A stretch of 52,052 nt of DNA, the filler included, from Sphacelaria rigidula (Eukaryota): the NCBI GenBank assembly GCA_964200075.2. It is 4 parts of 4 records of this genome, joined end to end, with 100 filler letters (N's around TTAATTAATTAA, not from the genome) between each part and the next. Parts side by side here need not be neighbours in the genome. Positions count along the whole stretch, not along the records: positions 13,041 to 25,979 come from CAXNAA020003285.1; positions 26,080 to 39,017 come from CAXNAA020003286.1; 2 more parts are not named here. The stretch is one strand, 5' to 3'. The notes below the pieces were generated by a model. The model was not told the origin of the DNA and searched no databases. It saw nothing but the letters and a program-made list of their open reading frames with translations. Of this stretch, positions 25,257-38,669 are shown one piece after another. A program made the translations under genes and the position numbers. Each line of letters begins with the position of its first letter. The stretch's first letter is position 1.

Positions 25257-25465
25257 TCCAAGGGTAGGTCGAGTAGAGTATACTCAATTGCGGGGTATTT
25301 TAAAAGTCGCACTTGGAGTACACAAATTGGGGATAGGGTTTTAGGAATCGCTTCCCAGTTATTCTTGGGGTACAACTCCTCAAACTCTACCCCAATTTGA
25401 GTGCCTCAAGTGCGCCTTTCAAAATACCCCGCAAATGAGGATACTCTACTCGACCTGCCCTTGGA
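25257..25465. repeat. Inverted repeat, ~90-bp arms, ~30-bp spacer
   Basis: 25257-25346 is the reverse complement of 25377-25465 with scattered mismatches (TCCAAGGG-AGGTCGAGTAGAGTAT-CTCA-TTGCGGGGTATTTT...). Confidence 0.9.
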
Positions 25466-25894
25466 GGTTTCACATACGACCGTATACCCCAGAGCAATCT
25501 TGACTCTCCCCTGTAGAGTACTGTACTTTTTTCTGAAAAACTCTCCAGGTACAAGGCTTGTGGCAAGTAAGAACATGGAAATTTTTCATGTTGGCTTTCT
25601 AGAGCTTTCACATGCCGTGTGCTGTAGAAGAAGCTGGACAAAAAAGGTACGCATATATACAGTGAATGAATTCTCTGGAGTACATAATATACTGATGAGG
25701 TAGACAATGTTGCAGGAACCTTACTCCTCATGTTTGTCCAGCAGTACAGTATTACTGCACATTCCACACCCTAGACAGAGCATTGCTGTAAAGAAAAAAT
25801 TGATTTTTTTATTTTTTTTCCTCTCTACCGTTCTGGGAGCAGAGGGGAAGAATTCACGGCCTGTAAAAGATCCACGATTGTTTTGAGTCATGGA

Positions 25895-25944
25895 TGATGA
25901 TGATGATGATGATTAATTATATTATTATTATTTATTATTTATTA

Positions 25945-25979
<35 letters not shown>
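25895..25979. repeat. (GAT)n/(TTA)n microsatellite at a contig end
   Basis: Read directly. Confidence 0.9.
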
Positions 25980-26079
25980 NNNNNNNNNNNNNNNNNNNNN
26001 NNNNNNNNNNNNNNNNNNNNNNNTTAATTAATTAANNNNNNNNNNNNNNNNNNNNNNNNNNNNNNNNNNNNNNNNNNNN
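25980..26079. other. Artificial assembly spacer
   Basis: 44N-TTAATTAATTAA-44N. Confidence 0.95.
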
Positions 26080-27532
26080 TCGTTCACGTCTCGCATTTCC
26101 CCTCTAGCACGTCCCGTTCCTCCTTGTATAGCTCACATTTTGCAACTGTGAGACTTCTGCTCTCTAATGCTTTGCCACAGAGGCAGTTCTCTCCATCTAC
26201 TTCCTACTCCACATGACTACTGGTATATCTCTTTCTTCTCTCTGGCAGGTCCAGGTCCCCCACCCGAAATCGCAGTTTCAATTTTTTCGCCGCGTCCATT
26301 GGGCCATGCAAACATGCTTTCATTCCGATCCCTTCTCTCATCCACCCGTATATCTCCAGGTGTTGTTCCTCGTCCACCTTGCGTCTGAGCGCTCCTTTTC
26401 CCCTTACTTCTATAATATCTCTTACTTTTGTCTTGTACCCCGCGCCTACCCCTATGGACAGTATTTCGTCTTGGTTTCCGCCTATCTCCTTCCATACTTT
26501 CTAGACTTCGCTATCCCACCTTATAGCATGCCCTTTCATACTTTTCCTCCATACAGCCCTATCAACTACAGCTGGCAGTCTCTTCCTCTGCATGTTCTTC
26601 AAGCTATATTGCCACATCATTTTCCTCATTTCTCTGTTTTGAGTGAGTATATTCCCAACTCTGCTCTCAGTACTGTATTCCTCGTCGTTTTCGAGCATCC
26701 AAGTATCTTCTCAGCTGCTGCCATATGTACTGTTTCTAATTTCTCCACCAATTTCTCGTTACCCTCCCATACTCCCGCAAATTCCAGCTTTGGTACCATC
26801 ACGTTCATCAGGATACATGTCTTAATCCTAGCGTCTAGGTGCGAATCTCTGATGATCACGTCCACCCTTCCTATCTGTGCCTTACCCTCTTTTATTACTT
26901 TGTTCATGTGTGCATCCCAAGAACAGTGTTTTGAGATTTCTACGTCAAGGTATGTACACAGGTCTACGATCGGCAGTTTCTCTTCTCCCCACTTCCACTT
27001 GAACTCTACCAGATTTTTCTCATCTTCGCAACAGACGAGTACCGCGCATTTGTTGACATTCGCCATCACTCTCCGTTCCCTGGTGTATTCTAGCGCCTTG
27101 TCTATCTGTTGTTGCAATCCTTCTGCTGTTCCTAAAATCACCTGCGAACATCAAACCTGATATCACTTCTTCACCCACCTTGACTCCTTGATTTGCTGCT
27201 TCTACTGCTAGTATCAAGTTATTAATGAATACCTTGAATAAAGTGGGTGATAGCGTACATCCTTGTGCAACTTCTTGTAAGATACCAAAATATTTCGATA
27301 TTTCCCCGTCTAGCATCATCACGCTTTTGGCACATTCTGTTATCTTCTTCACCATTCTCCACATCTTTCCTCTGATCTCAGCTTCCCACAACTTTTTCCA
27401 CAGCCCATTTCTCCATTCTGTGTCAAGCCTTTTGCACATCCAGAAAGTTTCCCACAACTTTTCCCACAGTCCATTTCTCCATATTGTGTCATAAGCCTTT
27501 TGCACGTCCAGAAAAAAACAGTACGTTGTCAA
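26080..27532 (-). mobile_element. 5'-truncated, inactive LINE (non-LTR) reverse transcriptase fragment
   Basis: RT motifs FLDVQKAYDTIW, QGCTLSPTLF, GLMFAGD (degenerate FADD), NVNKC and YLDV. It has frameshifts (~27140, ~26630) and an internal ~65-bp duplication. Confidence 0.92.
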
Positions 27533-28050
27533 CCCCTTGGGGGGGTGCGTAGATTCTCCTAGGGAAAGCGTTCGTTAGCAGCCTGAAATTGACGTCGCAG
27601 GCGCCGATTCCGACCGAACACGTTCTGGACGAGCTGGGTCCACTGCTCACCTGCCCCGAACCAAAAATATTATCAGAACTTTCTCGATTCTAAAATCAAG
27701 TTGTCATGTAGTCAACCATAAATATATAACCAAAGCTTTGACTCTACTGTAATTTTCATGCGGTCGGCATGCACTTTTTTTCATGTTCCCCTTGTCCTGT
27801 TGAGACCGTGCCGCCATCGTACATCATCCACAGATCGACAAGGGGCAATCGTAAAAACTGTCTCGTGCCGTAATGATCATGTCACAAGTCTGTGCTGGTG
27901 GACTTGTCCACTCGACTTGGTTATACTCGCTTGTGTTCATGCTCCAACCATTGCTCATGTAATTTTGTGACAATGAATTGGTCGTTTCGTCGTCTTGTAT
28001 CATGTTTGCGTTATGTGTCACAACGCGATGATTTGGTGATGATGTCGTAG

Positions 28051-31000
28051 ATGGATCCCGAAGAGAAGGAGCGCATGGAGAAGCGAGATTGGCTGTCGGA
28101 TAAGATTCAAATGCTCAATACGCAGATGGAGGGCTTCGAGGCTGACTTGGAGAAGGTGGTGAGTCACTCACGCCTCTTGGGTGTTGTGTCTTTGTTTTAA
28201 TAAAAAGTAGCGCGCTATCTCGGGAGTGCACCTGGTCGCTATCATCGCTATTTTCCCCAGTGGTGATTGTCGTTTGTGATAAACGAGGCGATTTATGGGC
28301 GTCGACACTGCTGTGCAAGTAAGCCGGCAGCCGTGCGTACCCCGGCTTTGCGAGTCCCCTGAGGATTTCCTCGGGGTGCAGCTCAAATACAGGATGGCAG
28401 CGTGGATGCTGCTGTAGAAAATGGCGCTCTTTTTGTGTTTACTTGTGTGATATTTTTTCAAGTAAGCTTGAGAGTACAGACATGGCTTCTTGACAAACTG
28501 CACGGTGCTGCCGACACGAAGCACGTCTCCCCTGCAGCTGAGACGCCGTCCGGGCCTAAAGCTAAGTAGAACTCTCTTGAGTGTGTACGTCACGTAATTC
28601 GAACACAGAACATTGGCTAGAGTGTGAGGAAGTTAACGAGGGCTTGGAAACGAACCGACTGTTGATCTGTTGACAATGCAAATGGTCAGGTGGGGGGCAT
28701 GGGCAAGAAGAAAAAAGCTGCGGATACGGAGAGGGTCGCAGTGCTTGAGAATGCGCTCTTGCAACATAAATACCACATCGGACGACTAGAGCAAATGCTT
28801 CGTCTTCTTGACAACAACGACCTCGCACCAGATCAGGTGAGACGCCGTGTCATTCAGGAACAGATCAATCCCTCCTAGAGGCACAACCCAAGACGATAGA
28901 CTTTGCCGGATACGGGACGGTACATGGTATGAAATAGTTGTAGTAGTGAGGTGACGAGATTATCGATGATCGTTACTGCAGTAGTAGCAATAGCAGTATC
29001 AACTTGGCATTTTGGCAGGTACCGTTTCACCATGAGCTGTCAAGTGACGAGCACCTATCCCAGCGCCAGGCCAAGGAAGGTGTATCACACAGAACCTGCG
29101 TTGAATGTTAGTCGCCGACAGTATCGTGTATCGCTCTGTCTCACACTGGCATATGTTACGGATATTGAAAATGAAGGCTGGCAGGCAGGGGCACATCTTG
29201 ATTTTTGCTCGTGAAGTAGAGTGCTTTGAACATCCCCAGTAATGCTGTCCTGTCGTGCTGGCCCCAGCAAACGCTTCGGTCTTGCTTGGTATGTCATGTA
29301 CTGATTAAAAAGGTTTCGAGTCAGTATTATCTCGTATGTGTTGGTACAACGCCGTACGAAAACTGGACTCAGCTTATTCCCCTAGTGTTTTCAGTCGCCC
29401 GCCAGCACGACGTGGGTGATTATCACGTGTTGCTGTGTGTTGCTGATTTAGGTCGACAGCATCATGGAGGATCTGGACTGGTACATCAACCAGGCGGGGG
29501 ATGACGTGCACCTTATCGAAAAGTACGGGTCGGAGGACTCGTATGACCTCTACGAGGCCTTGGAGTTGGATGCTCTAGCTGCCCCGGGACCGCCGCCTGT
29601 GGTGAAGGGTGCCAAGAAACTTGACGTGAGTTGGTTACAGGTGTACCGTATCGTTTTGTTAGAATATCCTACCAATTCTGCACGCGTGTCTGATTAACGC
29701 CCGTGTACCCTGTCTAGGCCATGACACCTTTTTTATTCCTGGCCGTATGTCTTTTGCTGTATACTGTGGGTCGCCGAATACGTCGAGTTCGAGAAGTGCT
29801 GATGACACCTCATGAGTGCTGTACATCATTTGCTCGGTTTTCTTTTCCCCATCACTTTCCGTGACGAATGGGCATGATTTTGGAACACTTTTACATGTCC
29901 AGGTGTTCGCCGAAGGAGATGAGGACGAGGACGACGATGATTCTACCGTGCATGATGACGATAAGCCCGCGCCGACAACCAAGCTACGGGGAAAGAAGGT
30001 GTGCGTTCCGGGGGTAAATATGTCTTCCGTGGTGACGTAGTAGTCAGCAGTCGGTGAACATGGTGCACAAGCGCATGCAGTTTTCGACAGAAGGGGCATT
30101 CAACGGCTGATTATCTGCTTCTGCTTTATGTGGGCGGGTGCGCGGACTTTGATGAGTTTGCTCCAGCAGGACTTTTCCGGTATCTTCATCCTACTTCCAG
30201 AGTGCAACTGCTACATGGACGGTGACTGGTCGCCTATTTGGTTCGTTGTCGTCCGAGTTACTCCACCGTTTGTTCAGGCCGCTTCTTACGGCAAACGAAT
30301 GTAAAACTGGAAGACGGCCTTTTTGGACCTTCTGCGTCGTTGTACGCCCAAAGGAGGGCTATGTTGGTATAGGCAGATTATGACGACTTGGAATGCCTTG
30401 CTGTACTCGCTGGGACGATTCCAGGAAACCTTTACATTTTTCGGTAGCCGCAGATTTTCTTGGCGACGCTTGGACGAGTATCGCAAGGTATTTCAAGTTG
30501 TCAAAATCCGTCTGGTTCTCGTTCAGGACGTACGACGACGCCAGACGTTTGAAAAAGCAGCTTCCCATATTTTCATAGTTTTTTGCCATAAGAAGCGGCC
30601 TCATGAAGGACATGTTCAGGCTGTACGTGTTGGGCTGTTTAGCGTTTACAATGTTTCACCGTCTCCCCGTCGGCGTGCTTTGTGTGAATCGCAAAATAGG
30701 GCAAAGCAGCGGCAGCAGCGGCCGCTGCGGGTGGCTTGCAAATCGGCCGCCCAGTAGTGAAAAGCAATAAAGATGCGAAGACAGCAGCAGCGGCGAAGAC
30801 AAGGATTCCCGCTAGCTCCGGTGGAATGCCGATTATTGGACGACCGGTGGTGTCACCAGCACCAACACCCAGCAAGCTCGCCAAGGTGCCGGGTGTCGGC
30901 GACTCGCCGCAGGCGCCGTCAGCGCTACAAAGTACTCAGGGTGCGGGGCAGCGGGAAGTGCCTGGACAGCCAGGGCAGTCGGTGAGTGCGGGTACGGTGG

Positions 31001-32722
31001 GGTCGAGCGGACGCATGGCTGGAACGGGGTCGCTTCAGTTGAATGTGTCTACGTCGCAGCTTTGTTGGATTGTGTCATATTGCAATTGGCGGAAGAAGGT
31101 AGGTTGGCAAAATTTTCGTGCGATAGGGTTGGAGAAGGATTTTCACTCACGAAGGCCGCGTGTGGATAGCTCATGGGTACTCTGGGCGTTCTTCCTCCTA
31201 CTTTTACATGTTGTATATGTTGGGTGCGCGAAATCACTGTTGGCACAAAGGTTTCTGGCGACTGTTTCACCTACTACAACGGCTATTTTCCCCCCTTGTG
31301 TGCGCGTTGCGCAGGCGGCAGGTACAAGCACTCCGAGCAAGATGACCCGCACTACCTCCGGTGGTCCAGATAATCATAATCATAACCTCAACGTGCACAC
31401 CCCGCAGAGACCGCAGCAGGTGCGCAACAGCAGATTGCCGATGTATATAACCCTTGAACCCTTGGGCAGCGACCCCCCCACCCCCGCAGGTCGACTGAGA
31501 TGGACCATGCCACATCTGGGATTTAGAGCAGCTCTTTCTTGCTACGCAAAGCGCCTTTTTTCATAATCGTTTGGATGTCGGGCATTCATGTAGAAAATAG
31601 TTACGTGGAACCCGTGATCGTTTTTGACCGTGCAGTCAATAGCTTACAGAGTCAGTATATGTGCGGCATGTCGCTGCTGCATACAGCGGCGGGAAAGGGT
31701 CAGCGTACCATCGCTCTCCACGGAACACAATTTACTGCATGCTGCTGATGCCTCTGCTTGGTGTTCAACAAAAACACTACAGACAGTGTGAAGCTATGCT
31801 GGGAACACATGAGGCGTCAGACAGGCGGCACGGGCCTCGAGCAGATTGCAAAACAAATCATTGGTACCCATTTATTTTATGGTTGAATTGCCTGGCCAAA
31901 ATGAAAAATGCCGGTAGATGGCGAAGTAGGCCACCTGTAGAGAAACTACGTGCTCATTTTGACGGCCGTGAGTGGTCAGAATGATCACTCCGCATCTCTC
32001 GGAGCTCGTTCCTGGCTTAGAATCTTCCGCAGGAAACTTCTACACATATGTGGTCGACTTGGTGAGCTTTTCGGCTGCTTTGCGGACAGACCCCCCCCCC
32101 CCCGGGTACTGGAAACTCCTTTATGTATGCAGACTGTCAGCCTGTGAAACTATTCCGAGGCGACGCTCGGTGTCTAAGGGTTAAGTAAGATTTCACGAGA
32201 GCGTGGGCGATCAGTCTACATGCAGACAGGGCCCTATAGCTACGACACGGCGGCTTTATTTTGGTGTTCGAAGACTGCTTTGTCAGCAGACGTGTACTCC
32301 CTTCACCCCACTAGCTCTAGAACACGGTGCCAAGTAGGGTACCTTGGCAGTTGGCGCCATTGAACACGTTCAGTACACTGATCGTTTTCGCGTTCCCACC
32401 GCAAATCGATTGTCAATCTCTCCAAGACCCGATACCGACACACGAATTGTGCGCCCTGCGACAGGCGATGTCGATGGCCAGAACACCCCCATCGGCCGGG
32501 CAGCACCCGAACAACGGCGCCAACAATGTTAACACACCTTCGAGACCACCGGTGACGTCGGTGGCGCAGGCGTCGCCCAGTGCCTTTGGGGCGGCAGCAG
32601 GGCAATCCCCACACCCCTCCGCTCAGCTGCAGACCGCGCTCCCCCCGCAAGCGCAACAGGCGCATCCAAACTCGCAGGCGCAAGGCACGGCCCCATTGCA
32701 ACAGGGCCAACAGGCGACACCT

Positions 32723-32755
<33 letters not shown>

Positions 32756-35700
32756 GCCCAGGCGGCGCAGGCACAGCAACAGCAACAACAGGCGCAGTTA
32801 CAACAGGCGCAGTTGCAGCAACAACAGCAGCAACAGCAGCAGCAGGTGATGATGATGCTTTAGGTCGTGGCTTATGAAGTTCGTGATCGATGATGCAAAA
32901 AGGCTACGTGCAGCATCGTTTCTCAGCGCTTCGCATGTTTGGCAAGGAACGTAGGGGCAGTATAATCCGGAACCGTGAAGCAAGTTGCGTGTTGGCGATA
33001 TCGTAGGGCGGCATTCATTATGCTCAGACACACGTTGTTCTTGATCGCAGGCGCAGCAGCAGCAGCAGCAGCTCCAAATGCAACAGCAACAACACGCACA
33101 ATTGCAGCAGCAACAACAACAGCAACAACAAAAACAGCAGCAGCAGCAACAGCAACAACAACAACGGGCAGGTGTTGCAGGAGGAAAGGGTGGCTTGGGA
33201 CTTGCCTCAGAAGACGAAGCAGCAGGTGATGCAGACCCACATGCCCGCTATCATGCCATCATGCATGGTGGTTCATTTTTCCTTGCTCGGTCTCGGCGTC
33301 ACCTTTCAAAAGTATGGAAATGGTATTTTGGGACATGAAATATCCAAGCATCGCGCACCTGGCGTCTGATGATGCCGAAACTTCATGTATGTGTAGGTTA
33401 ATGACGCAACAGTACCGGCGACCCATGGCGTTTTGTGGGCCGCGCGGCTTGAAGGGATGATTATGCACGACGGTCGCAAGAACACAGGTAACATGCACCA
33501 TTCAGGCTTCGTCATATATCCGAGGTCGCTGCCGTCAGGGTGTATACGCCGTCATGCGCAAGCCGTACAGCCGATTCGAAGACACCAGTGTCTCCCGCTG
33601 AGGGTCGCTGTGAAGCTCCTCGGAAAGGGCGCTATATAACTGACTTCAAGACAGACTGACCACGACGGAGGCGGCTGCTGTTCTCCCATATCACAATCAA
33701 CCTGCGATTTTTGTAGACGCGGTTCGCACATGACCATGCGCTATCATGCACTCCACCGACTGTGTGCGAACTTGTTGTCATTTCGCTTGCTTTCATGGTG
33801 CGACAGAAAACAATCTGCGATTTTCACGGATGAATCGTGAGCATTCCAGCCCTGCCTAGGTGTAGTTCGCGTCGCACAGTCATTTACCGTGCTGCCAGCT
33901 CCGAGCATGCAGTGCCAACTCTGTCCTGCATTTCGTGAAGAAAACGGAAAATTCGTTTGATGAGCGCTTCCTCCCTCCGCGGTGACATGAATCCTTCGCG
34001 ATCGGGGCACCTCAGCGTTGGACATGGCATGTAACGGCCAGCGTGCCGGGCTGATGTGGACATCTCCCTCCCGAGGACCTGTGCCCCTCTAAAGTCAGCA
34101 TATTTCACGCCGCGGAGCATGAACGTTTGAAGTGTAACTCCCGCGTCACGACTTGAATCTTCACGAAATCGCCTCCATAGTTTTTAAAGGGAGTAACAAT
34201 GGTCTGTTTTTATTCTTGTCTTCGTTTGATAACAGCTCATACTGGCAGGTTGCTACTAATCCACGTCACCGCTCTCACTGTTGCGTCGCAATATGAAGTT
34301 CTCGTGCTCGCTGTTGCTTCTCTCATCCCTGCCCCCTGTCATAGACTTGACCATCTGTTTCCGATGACACGTTGCCCCTGTTTACTTTTTGCTGTTTACT
34401 GTGTTGACCTCGCTTGTCGGATTGAGAAGGCATAGGAATGGGCTTGGCGATAGGACAGCACCTTGGAATGAACCCACCTCGGCCGCAAAGTGACCAGGCG
34501 GCGGCACGAGCCGCGTTACAGCAGAGCATGATGTTCGCGCCACAACCGCACGACTCAGAGCGAGCCAAACCGTGAGTGCACTCGCGTTTTTTGTCGAGTG
34601 GCATGTTCAAATTCTCTCGGTACCACAGCCCTAGCAGCATCACGGTTGGTCTTCCTTGACGTATCGCGTGGCATGAACGTGCTGCGTGGTTGTTCTGGCA
34701 CATGCTGTGCGGAGACAAGAATTACATGTGGCGTGCACATATCCAAACGTGAGGTGGCGGAAATGAATACACTCGTAAAGCACTCTCTGGTTGACGGCTC
34801 TCTTCGAGGGAGTTGCAGCGCAGACATGTGCAGCTGTACCTTCCAGGGTTGTGAGCTCAAAAACACGCAATACCTTATCTCAGAACCATAAAGAGAGGCT
34901 TATCTTTTGCAATTTTCCCGACACCATCAAAATTAGACATCTTCCGGGCATCTGCGACTAGCTCTCGATCAAAAGCTAGCTTGTGCTGTGAAGTCTTCAG
35001 AAGCATGGAAATCAGACTGTCGCTTTTACCGTACGTGGTCGGCGTACGTTTTTTTTCCATTCTCAATATGAACGTACTTTCTGTTGAACCGGTACAATGC
35101 GCTCAATACGCGTGTCGAGCTACAGAACCGTGACCCAACGCACGTGTGAAGCATGTGCTACAGTGAGATACACATACGAATAATCGGAGTCTAGTCCCAG
35201 CTTTCTCCTCTAGAGCTCTACAGACACGGCACATTGTACCGAGCTCCAAGTCTTCACAAGGTTTTCTCTCACCGTGATTACTTTTTCGAGCTTCAGGAAC
35301 TGATCTTTTCGACAAGACTTACAGTGCAAGCTAACTTTGGGATGAGGGTCATTGGCATGCCCCTGTTCTTCTTTCACCTCCTGAACGAGTTTTTGGCCGC
35401 AAAGAGCAATGATACTGGAGGGATTTCGCCCCTGTTTCTGGTCTCTTTTTTGTAAAAGCTCAGATATATGGGACTTGCTGTCCAACCCAAATCTCCGGGG
35501 ACCGGACTCCCAAAAAGATGGTGTCTGCACGCAGGAGCTTTTTTGTAAATCTGCATCATTTCCAGTCCCTCTTGAGTAAAATGATGCCGATTCTCATAAT
35601 AATCCGTTCAACACGCCGAGCAGCCCCGAAAAATGTTTCGCAAAATAGGTGCAACCCCTACCGTAGCATTGCTCCAAAGGTTAATATTTTTTTCAGTAAA

Positions 35701-37991
35701 GTGACTGCTTCCCCTTTGACCTCGTCTACAAAAAGTGCGCGATGAAAGGTGCCTCAGACGGAGCGACCTCCACTTATTTCGGGGCAGGAATGACCGCCTA
35801 TTTTGCCATCCCTCATGCACTCGCCGTAATTGTCATATTTGCGCCCTCGTCAAACTTCAGGTACGCAGCGCGGAACCCCTACCGGACGCCAGCGGCGTTC
35901 CCAAGCCAGCCGTCTGCTGGCCTTGAGAACCCCAAGATGTTCGAGAAGCTCAACACGGACACACTGTTCCTCATCTTTTACTACCAACAAGGAACCTACC
36001 AACAGTATTTAGCGGCGCGAGAGCTGAAGCGACAGTCGTGGCGCTTCCACAAGAAGTACATGACGTGGTTCCAGGTAAACGTCTTTCGTGAGGATACACA
36101 GTGGAGCTAATCTTCATTGTTCTGGTGCTTTGTGGGGGTGGCATGCAGGAAAGTTGCAAGGTTTTGTGTAAGGTACGGTTGTTGGAATTTCTCGGGTATT
36201 CACGCGGGTATTCCCCGTACCTGACAGTTCAGAAACACCCGTGCGAAATTTTCATCCTTTTCCGGGGCACGAGTTTAGCCTTTGAAAAATACCCGTTTGT
36301 AGGTGATCGTTTCTGTACCTCCTCCATACCGTACCCGACAGGTTTATTTGTTATGTGAAAAATCTCATACCGTACAGAACTCAGCCTTGATTTTGTTCCC
36401 TCTTCAATCATCCCCAGGAGAATGTTGGTGGTGAACGAAGGACCAAAACCACATCCAAACCCAACGGTGCACAAAACCCATAAATATATCGAAGCATGGT
36501 TTCGGAATATTTTACACCTTGGACAATATATGGTCAATAGTTGCAATAGACAAGAAGCCTACTGTATAGAGTAAAGGGCTAGTGCGACTGTTGTCGGCCG
36601 GCAACAGTTGCAATAGGCCCATACTCTATGCAGTACAGTTCTCGTCTATTGCATGTTTTGACAATATTTTGTCCAAGGTGTGGAATATTTCAAGTTGATG
36701 CTGTTCTCCATGGTGCGAATTTTTTGTTCATCAGGGGTATTTACCCGGGTATTAACCGTACCCGACCGGTTCTGTGAGTTCTGTAAACATCCCATACCGG
36801 TACTGGGCAGTTGTATACGATCTGTACAGAGTAGTACCCTTGCTCGGGGCACAAGCAGACCATTGTAGATAAAGTACCCCACGTTCCAGATGGGCACGGT
36901 ATCAGTTGAGATTCTTCTCGCGTATACTTTTCAATATAAGTTCAATTTGCTAGCATCGATAGATTTCGCTGAAATAAGCAGATCGTCTTAGTGCCCACGT
37001 TAGTGTTACTCGATGTTATCGGGCAATACAAGTAGATACCCCGTTTTTCAGGAAGGTATCATTGACCATGAAACACAGTTATTCGGCGCTAGTGAAATGA
37101 GTAGGTTAAATAAAATAAAATAAAACTCGAGCCTGTTCATTTCTTCACGGATGCGATCGGGATTGGCCCAATCGGCCGAAAATACCGAAGTCAAAATATG
37201 GGCTCAAAAGTGGCGAGACCTTCGATGACCGGTCAGCCCTTGAGTCACTCAATACTAGGTATATATCGCTCTTCTTTCTTGGAATGTGGAGCGAATACTA
37301 GTATCTTCAGGTCCCCAATGCCATAAGCGGTGGCAAGCGAAATAACCGAAGAAACCACCACATGTCCCACTTGGTAGTATACGCGGTTGCTGGTGAGGTT
37401 TCCTGTACAACTTCCATACCGCACCCGATAGTTCTGTAAGTTATCTGAGAACCTAATACTCGACTGGATACACCGTCCAAAACACTCCTCATAAAGTTGG
37501 ACTAAAATGTCATTATTCTGTTGCAACATGTTCACGGCAACACGTTTGATACGTGAAAAGCTCTACGCCTGCTTCGGTCACATCGCTGTTGACTCAGGGG
37601 CTCACAAGCCAATGTGGTTCCATGTGAAGATTGTTTTGACCTACGACGAGCTTGCTCTGACAACTCATGAAACAAAAAGAACCCGTTCGCATCAAGACTT
37701 CTAGTCGTGGTCGTTTTTCATGTACCCTCGTCTATCCATACATTGAACAACGATCCATTCACTGAGTGGCCGCCTTTCACTCTCAACTGTATCCTCTACT
37801 CTCAATCTCACGAAAACATTGTTGGTATTCGTCTTGACTCTCTTCTGCAGCGCCACGAAGAGCCCAAGGTGACGACTGACGAGTACGAGCAAGGAACGTA
37901 CGTGTACTTCGACTATGAGACGGGCTGGTGCCAGCGAATCAAGTCGGACTTCCGCTTCGACTACAGCTTCCTCGAGGACGAGGCGCTGTAG
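28051..37991 (+). CDS. NOT3: CCR4-NOT complex subunit NOT3/NOT5 (CNOT3), 5' partial
   Basis: Exons 28051-28158, 28690-28836, 29452-29625, 29903-29998, 30700-30981, 31315-31419, 32465-32845, 33051-33225, 34430-34571, 35861-36074 and 37851-37991, all GT-AG and phase-consistent. They encode the Not3 N-domain ([25 protein letters not shown]), a Q-rich linker and the NOT box ([62 protein letters not shown]). Confidence 0.97.
30277..30600. mobile_element. PIF/Harbinger (Tourist-like) MITE, 324 bp, in a NOT3 intron
   Basis: TIRs GGCCGCTTCTTA(C/T)GGCAAA with a perfect TCA duplication at 30274-30276 and 30601-30603. Confidence 0.88.
31447..32184. mobile_element. Element R2, copy 2, with possible piggyBac-like ends
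   Basis: Homologous to 1385-2379. The right end is CTAAGGG|TTAA and the degenerate left end is ATAA|CCCTT. Confidence 0.55.
32698..33165 (+). repeat. CAG/CAA poly-glutamine tracts in two consecutive NOT3 exons
   Basis: Read directly, in the NOT3 reading frame. Confidence 0.92.
33320..33670. repeat. Dispersed repeat R1, copy 3 (intronic)
   Basis: Aligns with 21292-21730. Confidence 0.7.
36506..36689. repeat. 184-nt loop-less imperfect palindrome in the last NOT3 intron
   Basis: Ungapped 92-bp arms symmetric about 36597/36598, with 18 mismatches by manual count. Confidence 0.92.
37758..37824. repeat. 67-bp segment with an inverted copy at 38951-39017
   Basis: 59/67 identity, ungapped, by manual alignment. 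Confidence 0.92.
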
Positions 37992-38669
37992 ATAGAACGT
38001 TGTACACTGTACATGGGGAGTGAAGTAGAGGGCTCACCAATTTCAACCTTAGAGAGCAAATTAATGAGCCGAATCAGCCCCGTCCTGGTGCTCCGCCTTA
38101 TTTGCGCCATGCTTTCCTGCGAGCAGCTGGTGCTCGCGTTCTTTGTCGGGCGACGTGTGCTGCTGCTGTGTGTGTTGAGGCAGTGTATATTGGCCTCCTT
38201 CGTTACAGTGGTCAATCAAGTGGTCGTGGTGTTTGTGTCAAGTCCAGTTGTTGTGCGTGGCGTGTAAGCATTGTCTTGGAGGGCTAGTCGGCACTCCCCA
38301 GTAAAAAATTGACGAACATATGTGACATGTGCAGCATAAATAGTCCTTCCCTGGCATGGTGAAGAAATGTGCCCGGTTATTGTTTGTTATCGCCTAGTCG
38401 CTTAGTACGTATGTACATATGAAAAGAGACCTCAACACTGCTACTTGCGCGGCAACAGGGCAGACATCGACAGCCATTTTGAACAATATCAAATGGCGCA
38501 CACAGGAGCAACGCATACAGGGGATGACTACCCTGTGCAACATTCGACCGGTACGTGTGCAGCAAGCGCCCACTACTGTCCAGATCTTGCGCTTTGGAAG
38601 CCATCATCGTCTCGAACCCACAACATGATGGAATAGTGAAAAGTAATGAGAAGAAATCGATTGAAGATG

